A DNA stretch of 41,247 nt from an uncultured Gammaproteobacteria bacterium (GCA_964434235.1 CAYSUN010000004.1:1-41247); one strand, 5' to 3'. Counted from the first letter of the stretch, positions 9,158 through 18,354 are shown. The notes: generated from the sequence alone by a model not told the origin. Numbers and translations are program-made.

Positions 9158-9417
9158 AATTATATAACTACGTAAAATATTTACCACGAATAATTGTTTT
9201 GAAAATGATCAAAATTTATCAGGCCACGCTTTCATTTGATCACGGGCCAATGAAAGATAAATTTCCTGGTGGATATTGTCGTTATAAACCGACTTGTAGT
9301 GAGTATGGTTATCAAGCGATTGAAAAATACGGGCTAATTCGTGGAGGATTTAAAGCGGTTTGGCGAGTTTTGAGATGTAACCCTTGGTCAAGGGGTGGTC
9401 ATGATCCATTAAAATAA
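9154..9417 (+). CDS. yidD: Membrane protein insertion efficiency factor YidD
   Basis: CRYKPTCSEYGYQAIEKYG…RCNPWSRGGHDP. Overlaps rnpA by 4 nt. Confidence 0.9.
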   Translation: MKLYNYVKYLPRIIVLKMIKIYQATLSFDHGPMKDKFPGGYCRYKPTCSEYGYQAIEKYGLIRGGFKAVWRVLRCNPWSRGGHDPLK

Positions 9418-9440
9418 TCAAGTTATTAGGTTATAAATAA

Positions 9441-9470
9441 AACCCCCACTTTCATTGAAAGTAGGGGTTT
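9441..9470. terminator. Bidirectional hairpin (cccccactttc-attg-gaaagtagggg) between the convergent yidD and flotillin genes
   Basis: Read directly. On the minus-strand RNA the internal mismatch becomes a G·U pair, and the hairpin is followed by a U-rich tract. Confidence 0.5.
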
Positions 9471-9477
9471 GTGTTAG

Positions 9478-11091
9478 TTAATTGGCAATTGTTTCTGCTT
9501 CGGAAGTTAATTCTTCCTCGGCCGGAGTGGGTGGAGTTTCTTCTGGTTGTTGGTCTTCAGAAACGCCAGCTAGGACATCTTGTGAAATGCCAAGTTTGTC
9601 AAGTAGCCCGTCTACGTTAAGACCAGTTTCCTTCAGTTTGTTGAATAAACCGAAGAGCAGTGCGGGACCATTGCCAGCAAAGCGAGAAACTGCCTTGCCG
9701 TCACCTTGGTCAATAACTACTACCTTGTCGATTGCACTCATCGGCTTGGCAATCTCAGCCATAACCGGAGCCATAGACTCAATCACTGAAGGCATTGCCT
9801 CAAGGATCATCAGCAGACGGCCGGATTGGTCCAGCTTGGCCATAGCCTCAGCCTTCTTGTCGATTGCCATAGCCTCAGCTAGACCCTTAGCCTGAATACC
9901 AGCTGCTTCTGCTAGCTTGATTGCTCGGATCTTGTCACCCTCGGCTTCACCGATTGCTTTGATCTTGGCAGCCTCGCCCGCACCCTCGAGTTGTCGCTTC
10001 ATCTTCTCGCCTTCGGCAAGATTGATTTCTGATTGTTTTTGTCCTTCAGATGCTTTGATGAGCGCACGTCGTTCACCATCAGCCACAGCTTCAGCAGCGT
10101 CAGCGGCCTTTTGGGCAGGAACCACCTTATTGGCGATTTCTTCTTTTTCCGCCACGGCGATCTTTTGAATTTGTACATCCACCAAGGCCTTTTGGTGAGC
10201 TTCCTCAACCTTGGTTTCCTCAACAATTACGCCTTGACGAGCAACTGCATCAGCCTTCGGGCCAGCTTGGAGCGTACGTGAAGTTTCTGCGTTAACTTCA
10301 GCTTGATACGTTTGTTTTTTTACATCGCGGTCACGTTCAGCGTTCGCAATCTGAGCCTCGTTTTCAGCCTGAACAACTTTTGCGGATCTTTGAGCTTCGG
10401 CAACTTTGATGGCACTATCTCGTTCAGCCTCAGCATTACCAATATTACCAAATTTTTCTTGCTGAGCAACTTCAACCTTAGCTTTGTTGATAGCCTCAGC
10501 GGCTGCTCTTTTTCCGATTGCGTCAATATAGCCGGACTCATCTGTAATATCTCGAATATTTACGTTAATAAGCTTGAGACCAATTTTTTTGAGTTCAACT
10601 TCAACGTTTTCCTGGATCTTTTCTTCAAAGGTTTTACGATCAGCGTTAATTTCCACAATTCCCATAGTTGCGATAGTGGCACGCATTTGTCCGAAAATGA
10701 TTTCAGCGGATTGCCTTGTAATTTCCTTTTCACCCATACTTAGGAGTCTTTCTGCTGCAGCCTGCATGATTGCTGGTTCAGTTGAAATACCAAGTGTAAA
10801 TTGGGCAGGAACGTTGACACGAATGTTTTCTTTCGATAGAGCAGACTTCAGGTCAATATCAATTGACAATGGCTGTAAAGAAAGATATTTGTAGTTTTGT
10901 AATATTGGCCAGATAAAGGCTGCACCACCGTGGATGCATTTGGCCGATTGTCCCTTGCCCGTCCTACCACAAATGACTAGAATCTTATCTGGAGGACATC
11001 GGCGGTAGCGAGTGATTGCCACGATAAGAATTGAAAAAAGCATCACACCAGCAATAACTTCTAGAATCAGGAACCAAGGAATACTGGGCAT
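9478..11091 (-). CDS. Flotillin-like SPFH/band-7 protein (FloT/YqiK-type) with a long Ala/Glu-rich coiled coil
   Basis: N-terminal TM helix, an SPFH core, then EA-rich repeats. The locus GC (~50%) is far above the flanks. Confidence 0.85.
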   Translation of the reverse strand: MPSIPWFLILEVIAGVMLFSILIVAITRYRRCPPDKILVICGRTGKGQSAKCIHGGAAFIWPILQNYKYLSLQPLSIDIDLKSALSKENIRVNVPAQFTLGISTEPAIMQAAAERLLSMGEKEITRQSAEIIFGQMRATIATMGIVEINADRKTFEEKIQENVEVELKKIGLKLINVNIRDITDESGYIDAIGKRAAAEAINKAKVEVAQQEKFGNIGNAEAERDSAIKVAEAQRSAKVVQAENEAQIANAERDRDVKKQTYQAEVNAETSRTLQAGPKADAVARQGVIVEETKVEEAHQKALVDVQIQKIAVAEKEEIANKVVPAQKAADAAEAVADGERRALIKASEGQKQSEINLAEGEKMKRQLEGAGEAAKIKAIGEAEGDKIRAIKLAEAAGIQAKGLAEAMAIDKKAEAMAKLDQSGRLLMILEAMPSVIESMAPVMAEIAKPMSAIDKVVVIDQGDGKAVSRFAGNGPALLFGLFNKLKETGLNVDGLLDKLGISQDVLAGVSEDQQPEETPPTPAEEELTSEAETIAN

Positions 11092-11111
11092 TTTTTCCTC
11101 CTTAGGAAAGG

Positions 11112-11747
11112 TTAGTTGGCCCGACTGACAATCAATTGATTGTTTTGGATTTCGTCAACTCTTACATTTTCTCCTTTGACAATGTCAGTTGTTTCAGTGG
11201 TAATAGCATCAATATCCATTAGTTTGCCTTGAATCACTAAACTAATTTTTCCAGGTTTTGTTTTGTTTGCCGAAATTCTGATTAAAACTTGACCTTGAGT
11301 ACCAATGGCATTTTTGAGGTTAATTGTTCCGTCGCTACTAAGAGATGAAAGTGTTTTGAATACAAAAAGCATAATACTGGCCATCGCAATGCCGACAAGA
11401 ATGCCAAGAAGAGTGGAAACTAAAGTTGAATAGCCTAGATCTAAAAAACCCAAAGCTGACCAGGAAAATCCTAGAAAAAAAGCAACCATACTTCTGACAG
11501 TAAACCATTGTCCAATGTGAAATTCATGAGACTCAGAGTCTGAGTCAGTTTCACTACTAGTTGAATCGTCTCCAATGTCGTGGTCTACACCATGATCAAA
11601 ATCATGGCCTGAATCAATGTCAGAGTCATGATCCCCAAGTCCAAACAAAAGCATAAGTGTTTGGCAAATGAAAATTGTTGTAAAGAATACAGCAATTCCT
11701 AAAAAAAATTGTTCAGCACCAGAAAGAGAAACCCACCAATTTTCCAT
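11112..11747 (-). CDS. NfeD/YqiJ-like membrane protein, partner of flotillin
   Basis: GGGAGG lies 8 nt before the ATG at MENWW. It has TM helices, an acidic His/Asp-rich linker (DHDSDIDSGHDFDHGVDHD) and a C-terminal OB-like soluble domain. Confidence 0.7.
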   Translation of the reverse strand: MENWWVSLSGAEQFFLGIAVFFTTIFICQTLMLLFGLGDHDSDIDSGHDFDHGVDHDIGDDSTSSETDSDSESHEFHIGQWFTVRSMVAFFLGFSWSALGFLDLGYSTLVSTLLGILVGIAMASIMLFVFKTLSSLSSDGTINLKNAIGTQGQVLIRISANKTKPGKISLVIQGKLMDIDAITTETTDIVKGENVRVDEIQNNQLIVSRAN

Positions 11748-11987
11748 AATAGACACCTCCCTTATGAGTGAAATAAACATAAAATTGTTTAGGAACTTTT
11801 CTGCACCTAGCAGAATGGAATACTTTAACATTAGAGATAGAAATTTGTCAATAGCAGAAAGTGGTTAAAAATATAATTATAAAATATTATAATATTTTAG
11901 TTGTTTGTTTTGTATTTTTTTGTTTATTGTTACTAAATTTAGATAAAATATTGTAATTTTACAAAAGTGTGCTACAATTGTGTCGTT

Positions 11988-13418
11988 ATGAGTTTAAATA
12001 AAAAAATTGCCCAAAACACAATAATACATTTATCTGGCAAGATGATCAGTCTTGTTTTAGGTTTAGTTTCTATTGCGATGATGACTCGATATTTAGGGCA
12101 AACAGGTTTTGGTTACTATATTACAGTTACAGCTTTTCTGCAGTTTTTTGGGATTTTAGTAGATTTTGGCTTAACTTTAACAACCGTTCAAATGATTTCT
12201 GGACCGGACGTTAATATTACCAAAACAATGAATTCAATTATTTCTTTTCGTTTGATCAGTGCGATCATTTTTCTTGGATTAGCACCACTTGTAGTTTGGT
12301 TTTTCCCTTATGCTTTAATAATTAAGATTGGCGTTCTTATTTGTACATTATCATTTTTTTGTATAACTGTAATTCAAACTTTAACTGGAGTATTTCAGCA
12401 AAAATTTAAAATGTTTGAATTAACACTTGGTGAAGTTGTTGGTCGATTAGTTTTGGTTGCTATGGTTTTTGTTAGTATTTTATTGAACCAAGGAATTTTG
12501 GGAATTTTTGTAGCTTTAACTTGTGGCAGTGTTATAAATTTATTGATTGTTTTTCTTTTTTCTCGAAAATATATTCAATGGAAGTGGGAAGTTGATTTAG
12601 TAATTTGGAAAGAGCTTTTATCTAGGACTTGGCCAATTGCTTTATCTATTTCTTTTAATCTTTTGTATTTAAGAATGGATACAATTATTATGTCTTTAAC
12701 CAGAACTCAGGCAGAGGTTGGTTTATATGGCGCTACGTATCGTGTGATAGACATTTTAACGATGTTACCAGCTGTGTTTATGGGTATGGTTTTACCAGTA
12801 GCAACAAAATATTATTTAGATAAGAATAAAAATGAATTAAAAGCTTTGTTGCAAAAATCTTTTGATGCACTAATAATTTTTGCAGTACCAATTGTTTTGG
12901 GAACTTTGATTATTGCAAAAAAAATTATGGTTTTTGTGGCTGGAGATGACTTTGCAATTTCTGGAGAAATTTTGAAAGTTTTAATTTTGGCGATAGGTTC
13001 AATTTTTGTAACGAGTTTATTTGGCTATGCCGTTGTAGCGATCAATAAACAAAAAGTTATGATGTGGGGTTATTTAACGGCGGCAGGTTTAACGCTAGTG
13101 GGCTATTTGTATTTTATTCCTAAGTTTGGTTATTGGGGAGCTGCTTGGATGACTGTTTTTAGTGAGGTTTTTATAATGGTTTGGACTGCAATTTTAGTTT
13201 ATAAAACGATTAAGTTTTTCCCGAACTTAAAAACATTTTTGAAAACTATTCCGGCTGGTTTAATTATGATGGGACTTTTGTATTATGTTCAAGGTTGGCA
13301 TGTTTTATTATTACTTTTAATTGCTGGAGTTGTATATTTTGGAATTTTGTATTTACTTGGTGGAATAAAAAAGCAAACGCTTGAACAGCTTACGAGCCAG
13401 GACAAGAGAATAATTTAG
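11988..13418 (+). CDS. Polysaccharide/oligosaccharide flippase (Wzx/MOP superfamily)
   Basis: About 12-14 TM helices with the typical Wzx-family layout. The ATG at 11988 is preferred over the in-frame GTG at 11967. Confidence 0.7.
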   Translation: MSLNKKIAQNTIIHLSGKMISLVLGLVSIAMMTRYLGQTGFGYYITVTAFLQFFGILVDFGLTLTTVQMISGPDVNITKTMNSIISFRLISAIIFLGLAPLVVWFFPYALIIKIGVLICTLSFFCITVIQTLTGVFQQKFKMFELTLGEVVGRLVLVAMVFVSILLNQGILGIFVALTCGSVINLLIVFLFSRKYIQWKWEVDLVIWKELLSRTWPIALSISFNLLYLRMDTIIMSLTRTQAEVGLYGATYRVIDILTMLPAVFMGMVLPVATKYYLDKNKNELKALLQKSFDALIIFAVPIVLGTLIIAKKIMVFVAGDDFAISGEILKVLILAIGSIFVTSLFGYAVVAINKQKVMMWGYLTAAGLTLVGYLYFIPKFGYWGAAWMTVFSEVFIMVWTAILVYKTIKFFPNLKTFLKTIPAGLIMMGLLYYVQGWHVLLLLLIAGVVYFGILYLLGGIKKQTLEQLTSQDKRII

Positions 13419-13458
13419 TTTGTAAAAATATTTTTAGTATTAAAATTTTCATTAAATT

Positions 13459-13764
13459 ATGAAAAAAATTGCTTTATTATTTATTATCATATTAGTTTTA
13501 GTCGGGAGTTTGGTTTTTATTTATAGTCAAAAAAATAATTCAAAAAATAGTGCGGAATGTGGTAGCGAATATATTTATGCTGGTGTGAAACATAGCCAAG
13601 AGTGTGCTTGCTCAAAGAAAAAATCAACGCATGATTTATTTGGCGGAACTATGGTTTATTGTGATGGACTTTGTGGCGAGTGTACGTGTTTTGAAAGCCA
13701 TTTCAACGCAGAGACGAATAGTTACGGTGAAAAATTGCCAGTCAGTTGTCCATTAGAATTGTAG
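13459..13764 (+). CDS. Small secreted or membrane-anchored Cys-rich protein (8 Cys), hypothetical
   Basis: N-terminal hydrophobic segment. CGSEY…CAC…CDGLCGECTC. Confidence 0.4.
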   Translation: MKKIALLFIIILVLVGSLVFIYSQKNNSKNSAECGSEYIYAGVKHSQECACSKKKSTHDLFGGTMVYCDGLCGECTCFESHFNAETNSYGEKLPVSCPLEL

Positions 13765-13768
13765 CTTT

Positions 13769-15139
13769 ATGTTTTATATTTTAATTGCTATTTACAGTTT
13801 ATTGTTTATTGGTTTGTCTATTAAAAGACAGGATCTTGCTTTGTATTTAACTATATTTTTACTACCAACTTATTTGATTCGTTTTCAGGTTTGGTTTATT
13901 CCGATGACATTATTGGAGGTTATGATTTTAAGTCTATTTTGTGTTTGGGTTTTTAGAATGTATCGACAAAAGCGAAAAATTGATTTTAGTATATATAAAT
14001 TTTGGTTACTTTTGATTTTAATAGCTTCAGCTGTTTCGATAATTATTTCTCCAGACAAGGTTGTGGCGCTTGGAATTTGGAAAGCTTATTTTATTGAACC
14101 GTTGATGTTTTATTTGGTTGTAGTTAATACGCTTCAGTTGAAATTATTACCAAGAGTTGGCTTGGCTCTTGGGGCCTCGGCTTTGATGGTTTCTGTCCCA
14201 GCGATTATTCAGAAATTTACAGGCTGGTGGATTGCTAATCCTTTTTGGGCAGAAGAAAAAACTAGGCGAGTTGTTTCTTGGTATGGGTTCCCGAATGCGA
14301 TTGGTTTATATTTAGCGCCGATAGTTGTCTGGTCTACTGGTTTACTAGTTTACTGGTTTGCTAGGAACAAAAAAGTTAACAAAAAAAATAAAATTTTGGT
14401 TCCCATTTTTTATGGTTTAGTTATTTTACTCAGTGTTTTAGCAATAGTTTATGCCAAATCAGAGGGAGCATTAATTGGACTTTTGGCTGGAGTTGTTTTT
14501 TTTGGTATTTTTTATCCAAACAAAAAAATTCGCTCCTATACTCTTGTGGCTATAATTGTTTTTATGCTTTTAGCTTCAACTATTTCTCCAATTAAAGAGT
14601 ATGTTGGTGATAAGTTAACTTTGGCTGATCGATCTGGTCAAATTAGAATTCAACAATGGAAGGAAACAGCCAGCATGCTGGCGGATGATGGATTAATTAC
14701 TGGTGCAGGGTTGTCTGGTTACCAAGAAAAAGTTTTGCCTTATCATGCTGAAGGGATTTGGATAAAAGATAAGCGTGATCCAGATTGGTTAAGTAAAGTT
14801 ATGTTTAATGAAGAGTTTAGAGTTCAAGCTTGGCAACCAACAGAAATTTATATGTATCCGCATAATATAATTTTAAATTTTTGGTCAGAAGTTGGTTTAA
14901 TTGGATTGCTTTCTTTTGTCGGTTTGATCTTCAAAATGTTTAAAAATTATTTTCAAATTAACGATTTAAAAAATAAAAAGTTATACTTACTTGTTTTGTC
15001 TGTCATGGTAGTAATTTTAGTTCACGGACTAGTTGATGTGCCATATTTTAAAAATGACTTAAGTGTGTTTTGGTGGCTAGTTTTTGCTGTTAGTTATTTG
15101 ATTTATAAACAAGAAAAAGAGCAATTAAAAAATTTGTAA
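13769..15139 (+). CDS. O-antigen ligase/polymerase family membrane protein (Wzy_C domain)
   Basis: PHNIILNFWSEVGLIGL matches the HNxxL…E.G signature of the WaaL/Wzy family. Multi-TM. Confidence 0.75.
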   Translation: MFYILIAIYSLLFIGLSIKRQDLALYLTIFLLPTYLIRFQVWFIPMTLLEVMILSLFCVWVFRMYRQKRKIDFSIYKFWLLLILIASAVSIIISPDKVVALGIWKAYFIEPLMFYLVVVNTLQLKLLPRVGLALGASALMVSVPAIIQKFTGWWIANPFWAEEKTRRVVSWYGFPNAIGLYLAPIVVWSTGLLVYWFARNKKVNKKNKILVPIFYGLVILLSVLAIVYAKSEGALIGLLAGVVFFGIFYPNKKIRSYTLVAIIVFMLLASTISPIKEYVGDKLTLADRSGQIRIQQWKETASMLADDGLITGAGLSGYQEKVLPYHAEGIWIKDKRDPDWLSKVMFNEEFRVQAWQPTEIYMYPHNIILNFWSEVGLIGLLSFVGLIFKMFKNYFQINDLKNKKLYLLVLSVMVVILVHGLVDVPYFKNDLSVFWWLVFAVSYLIYKQEKEQLKNL

Positions 15140-15164
15140 TTTTTACTGAAATTGCTGGCAAAGC

Positions 15165-15251
15165 GGAGGGCTGCCGGAGTGGTTGAACGGGACGCTCTCG
15201 AAAAGCGTTGGTCCTTTACCGGTCCCGTGAGTTCAAATCTCACGCCCTCCG
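15165..15251 (+). tRNA. tRNA-Ser (anticodon CGA), class II, CCA not encoded
   Basis: Acceptor stem GGAGGGC/GCCCTCC, T-loop GTGAG-TTCAAAT-CTCAC, anticodon loop CTCGAAA. Flanked by a 9-bp extended complementarity ggcaaagcg/cgctttgcc. Confidence 0.85.
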
Positions 15252-15382
15252 CTTTGCCAGTTTAATAAAAGGACTACAAGTGATTATTGACATTTATTAT
15301 TTATTGGATTAATATACAAAATCGTTTAAGTTTAATGTTGGTTAAGTGCTCAAAAACAGATTTTTGCGAAGGAGGAACTTAG

Positions 15383-15898
15383 ATGATTACTGAAAAACAA
15401 ATTGCCGCTCTTCGTTACGTGATTTTTAAGGCCAAGAATGGGACTGAACTCACAAAAAGAATTTTAGCTCTTCTTATTGAGAAGTCAGAAAATATGACAA
15501 AGGAAGTTTGCGTCACTTTGGTTGAATACAGGGAAGGATACACAAAGCAAGAAATTGATGACGCAGCACATGGCTTGGGTGCTATGAAGAGTTGTAACTG
15601 TACAACTCATATTAATGAAATTATGCATGTGTTGGGAAGTGGGTTTAGATTTAGTGTTCATTATGGTGACTTTGATCCAACGCGCAAAAAGCGATTTTGT
15701 TCAAGTGGTATTTTTAGTGGATTTCCAAAGGATGTTGTACCCATGGAAGGTCTTACTCAAGAAGGTTTGCCAATGCGCTATACTTTCTGGTTATCAAAAG
15801 AATGTTGTTCAGAAGAAGCAACCTATGTTGCGACCACTCGTGAGGAATTGGAAAAGTTTAATCTCGGGAAGTCTGGCTTGTATGAATTTGAGGGATAA
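15383..15898 (+). CDS. Hypothetical protein
   Basis: RBS GAAGGAGG, an upstream TTGACA…TAATAT promoter, and a terminator at 15908..15940. Confidence 0.5.
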   Translation: MITEKQIAALRYVIFKAKNGTELTKRILALLIEKSENMTKEVCVTLVEYREGYTKQEIDDAAHGLGAMKSCNCTTHINEIMHVLGSGFRFSVHYGDFDPTRKKRFCSSGIFSGFPKDVVPMEGLTQEGLPMRYTFWLSKECCSEEATYVATTREELEKFNLGKSGLYEFEG

Positions 15899-15907
15899 TT
15901 ATAGCAT

Positions 15908-15940
15908 TCCTCACACTAATTTTAGTGTGAGGTTTTTTTA
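15908..15940 (+). terminator. Rho-independent terminator (cctcacac…gtgtgagg followed by ttttttt)
   Basis: Read directly. Confidence 0.6.
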
Positions 15941-16117
15941 TTGACATTGAGCATATATATTGTTATCATCTAAACGTAAGTTTGTAAGTTAGTTGTTATT
16001 TGTTAGTGTATTTTTCTTAGAATAATGTCGCGCAATTGTTCGCAAGTTAAAATTTCGTTTGCTTGGCAAAAGGTCGTCTTACAAGCTGTTTATTTAAAAT
16101 TAAGCAACTTATCAATT

Positions 16118-16375
16118 ATGAACAAAGTTTTTATTGGAAGTCTTCCTTTTTCAGCTACTGAGGAAGAACTAAAAGACGCTTTTTCAAAAGTAGGTGAAGT
16201 TATTTCAGTGAACATTATTCAAGATAGACAAACAGGCCGATCAAAAGGTTTTGGGTTTGTTGAATATGCTACACAGGAAGAAGCAGAAGCTGCTATTGAA
16301 ATGTACAATGAAAAAGAGTTTGGCGGACGAACAATCTTCGTTAACATGGCCAGACCAATGGAAAAAAGAGATTAA
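16118..16375 (+). CDS. RRM-type RNA-binding protein (RNP-1 octamer KGFGFVEY)
   Basis: MNKVFIGSLPF (RNP-2) … KGFGFVEY (RNP-1). About 170-nt 5' UTR transcribed from a TTGACA promoter at 15941. Confidence 0.85.
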   Translation: MNKVFIGSLPFSATEEELKDAFSKVGEVISVNIIQDRQTGRSKGFGFVEYATQEEAEAAIEMYNEKEFGGRTIFVNMARPMEKRD

Positions 16376-16399
16376 TTTAATCTTCATAAAATAAAAAAA

Positions 16400-16457
16400 A
16401 CAGAGTGAGCGCAGCTCTGTTTTTTTGTTACAAAAAACCCCAACGCGTGGCGTTGGG
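16400..16457. terminator. Two back-to-back hairpin terminators: acagagtgagc…gctctgt with a T-run for the + strand, and ccccaacgc-gtg-gcgttgggg for the - strand NUDIX gene
   Basis: Read directly. Confidence 0.55.
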
Positions 16458-16468
16458 GTGGTGTGTTC

Positions 16469-17194
16469 TTACTCCTCGATCGGAGAGGTGAGTAATTTTC
16501 CGCAGTAAGGACAGGCCTTGATGTTGATTGAATGTCCGCTCTTTCCAATTCTCAAACACGGCAGATTTAATGCCACAGCCCAGAAAATGGTTGGAACAGA
16601 GTCTTTCCCGTGAATCATAGCTTGAAGAGGTTGGGGAAGGCAAAAGTGTTCATAAGTTCCGCCAAAGTTCTTTCGCCAAAATTCTCGTCGTTTTTGTTTT
16701 TCATCCTGCAGTTTTTTGATCGCTCGCCAATGATCAAATCCGAGCATATCTTTGGTCACAGAATCAATATCTACCCAGTGTAGTTCTCTAGCATCAGACT
16801 TGGCTTTAGCCTCAGCAACTTGATATTCTCTAACGTGAGCGATAAAGCACATGGAAATTCGTCGATCTTCATTTGGCTCAAATTCACGAGGATCGCGACC
16901 AATTCCATCCAGCCAAAGCCATTCTTCAAGTTCTTCTGACCTTAGTTGAACATTGATTTCTTCTTGGCATTCACGAATAACTGCTTGGACAACACTGGAA
17001 TCAGGGGGACAACGCAATTGTTCGGGCAGGTTTTTTGAACCAACATTATCAGCATCAACGTGGCCACCTGGCAATACCAGTTTGTCCATTTCTGGTTTCT
17101 TTTTTCGTCTGATTAGGGCAATTTTTTGCCAATTGACAACAACAAGAACATCCACAGTTAGTACGGTTTTTTTTCCTTCAAAAGACATTAGCAC
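16469..17194 (-). CDS. NUDIX-family hydrolase with a C-terminal extension
   Basis: REcQEEInV Nudix-box core after an extended Gx5E region. RBS AAGGAGGTG. Elevated GC. Confidence 0.6.
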   Translation of the reverse strand: MLMSFEGKKTVLTVDVLVVVNWQKIALIRRKKKPEMDKLVLPGGHVDADNVGSKNLPEQLRCPPDSSVVQAVIRECQEEINVQLRSEELEEWLWLDGIGRDPREFEPNEDRRISMCFIAHVREYQVAEAKAKSDARELHWVDIDSVTKDMLGFDHWRAIKKLQDEKQKRREFWRKNFGGTYEHFCLPQPLQAMIHGKDSVPTIFWAVALNLPCLRIGKSGHSINIKACPYCGKLLTSPIEE

Positions 17195-17321
17195 CTCCTT
17201 GTGATTTTCAGCGAAACTGAGCAGTGAACGATATTTAAATAATCAAAGTGCAATGTCTAAGATTATAGTAAATTCATTTTTTTGTCAAGAATAAGAATAT
17301 TAAATTATTGCAAATAAATTA

Positions 17322-17350
17322 AAGCGGATTTGTCGTTGACAAATCCGCTT
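17322..17350 (-). terminator. Hairpin gcggatttgtc-gtt-gacaaatccgc ending the small-protein triplet
   Basis: Read directly. Confidence 0.45.
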
Positions 17351-17356
17351 GTTGGT

Positions 17357-17635
17357 TTATTCACGATTCAGTTGTTCTTGAGTCTTATAAACAAGACCAG
17401 ATTTGATCTTAGAAGGAACATTTTCAAGATCAGTTTGAACTTGACAGCAAGGACACCGAAAAGTTACATAATAATAAGTTTCATCTCGACAGTGACCTCT
17501 AGTTTCATAAAGATCATCTGCTTTGACAAGTAATTTCGCACCACAACCACCATTACCATTTCCCTTGCCAGTACAAACTGCTTCAACCGACCACTCTTTT
17601 TGTGTTTGTGGATGTCCTTTTTTAAGTACTTTCAT
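17357..17635 (-). CDS. Small zinc-ribbon protein, paralog 1 of a tandem triplet (Cx9C … CPCC)
   Basis: MKVLKKG…CTGKGNGNGGCGAKLL…YYYVTFRCPCC. Its start overlaps the preceding gene in ATGAAAGTACTTAA. Confidence 0.55.
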   Translation of the reverse strand: MKVLKKGHPQTQKEWSVEAVCTGKGNGNGGCGAKLLVKADDLYETRGHCRDETYYYVTFRCPCCQVQTDLENVPSKIKSGLVYKTQEQLNRE

Positions 17636-17925
17636 TTTGATTCTCCTTTTGTTTATTGTTTTTCTTCCAAGTAGACTTTGAAAATAGCTGACAATAAATG
17701 ATTAACGGAACTGCATTTAAATTAGTTTCAACACCGCAACATGGACAAGTGAAAGTGATGTAGGTTTCTTTGTCACCGCAAGAGTCAGTGTAGAAGGTTT
17801 TGTATAGGTCAACTTGTTCCACGAGTAATTTTGCGCCACAACCAACGCCACGCTTATCCCCCGCCAGTACAAACTGCTTCGACAGACCAACCTTTTTGGG
17901 GACAACCCTTTTTAAGTACTTTCAT
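17622..17925 (-). pseudogene. Paralog 2 of the zinc-ribbon triplet, interrupted by a +1 frameshift in a G5 run (ggcgggggataa)
   Basis: The N-terminal frame reads MKVLKKGCPQKGWSVEAVCTGGG* and the C-terminal frame reads …GVGCGAKLLVEQVDLYKTFY…TCPCCGVET. The linker has one nucleotide more than paralog 1. Confidence 0.5.
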
Positions 17926-18148
17926 GTTCCCTCCTGGTTTCAACAGCTAAAGTTCTAACTCGTGGATGAACTTCGTTGTACTGAAGTACATTCCATTGTC
18001 CGCAAACAGGGCAGTAATAATGGTAGTCATCACCATCAAATTTAACATCATCTTTTTCAAGAAGTAGCTTGGCTTTGCAGTCTTTGTTGGTGCAAGTTTT
18101 TTCTCTTGACCAATTATCGTTCCAGTGACCATTGTCCAAGATTTTCAT
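17912..18148 (-). CDS. Small zinc-ribbon protein, paralog 3 (Cx4C … CPVC)
   Basis: MKILDNGHW…CTNKDCKAKLLL…YHYYCPVCG. RBS AAGGAG. It ends in the same ATGAAAGTACTTAA overlap. Confidence 0.55.
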   Translation of the reverse strand: MKILDNGHWNDNWSREKTCTNKDCKAKLLLEKDDVKFDGDDYHYYCPVCGQWNVLQYNEVHPRVRTLAVETRREHEST

Positions 18149-18354
18149 AATTGGCTCCTTGGTGCATGGTAAATTGTTAATGAACCCTTGCCATCAGGCA
18201 TAGGCATTGTGCAATGTAATTGTGAATAAGTATATTTAATTTTGTAGTAAAATTTGTATTTATATTTTTATTTTGCTATAATTAGATTAATAATAATAAA
18301 TAATTACTACGAAAATTATCGTAATAAACATAGTGATTCAGCTATTTAATTTAA

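Noticed and set aside
9482-10894. Several + strand ORFs (137, 83, 82, 146 and 106 aa) inside the flotillin gene
   Set aside because: Antisense artefacts of the GC-rich, Ala/Glu-rich coiled-coil coding sequence. Ala/Ser/Pro-rich translations typical of antisense GC-rich DNA.
15155-15260. Extended complementarity around tRNA-Ser as a terminator or attenuator
   Set aside because: The pairing (ggcaaagcg/cgctttgcc) simply extends the acceptor stem. It is more likely a precursor-processing helix. No T-run follows.
15615-15944. 109-aa ORF overlapping the end of 15383..15898
   Set aside because: Out-of-frame overlap, it runs through the terminator hairpin, and it has no RBS.
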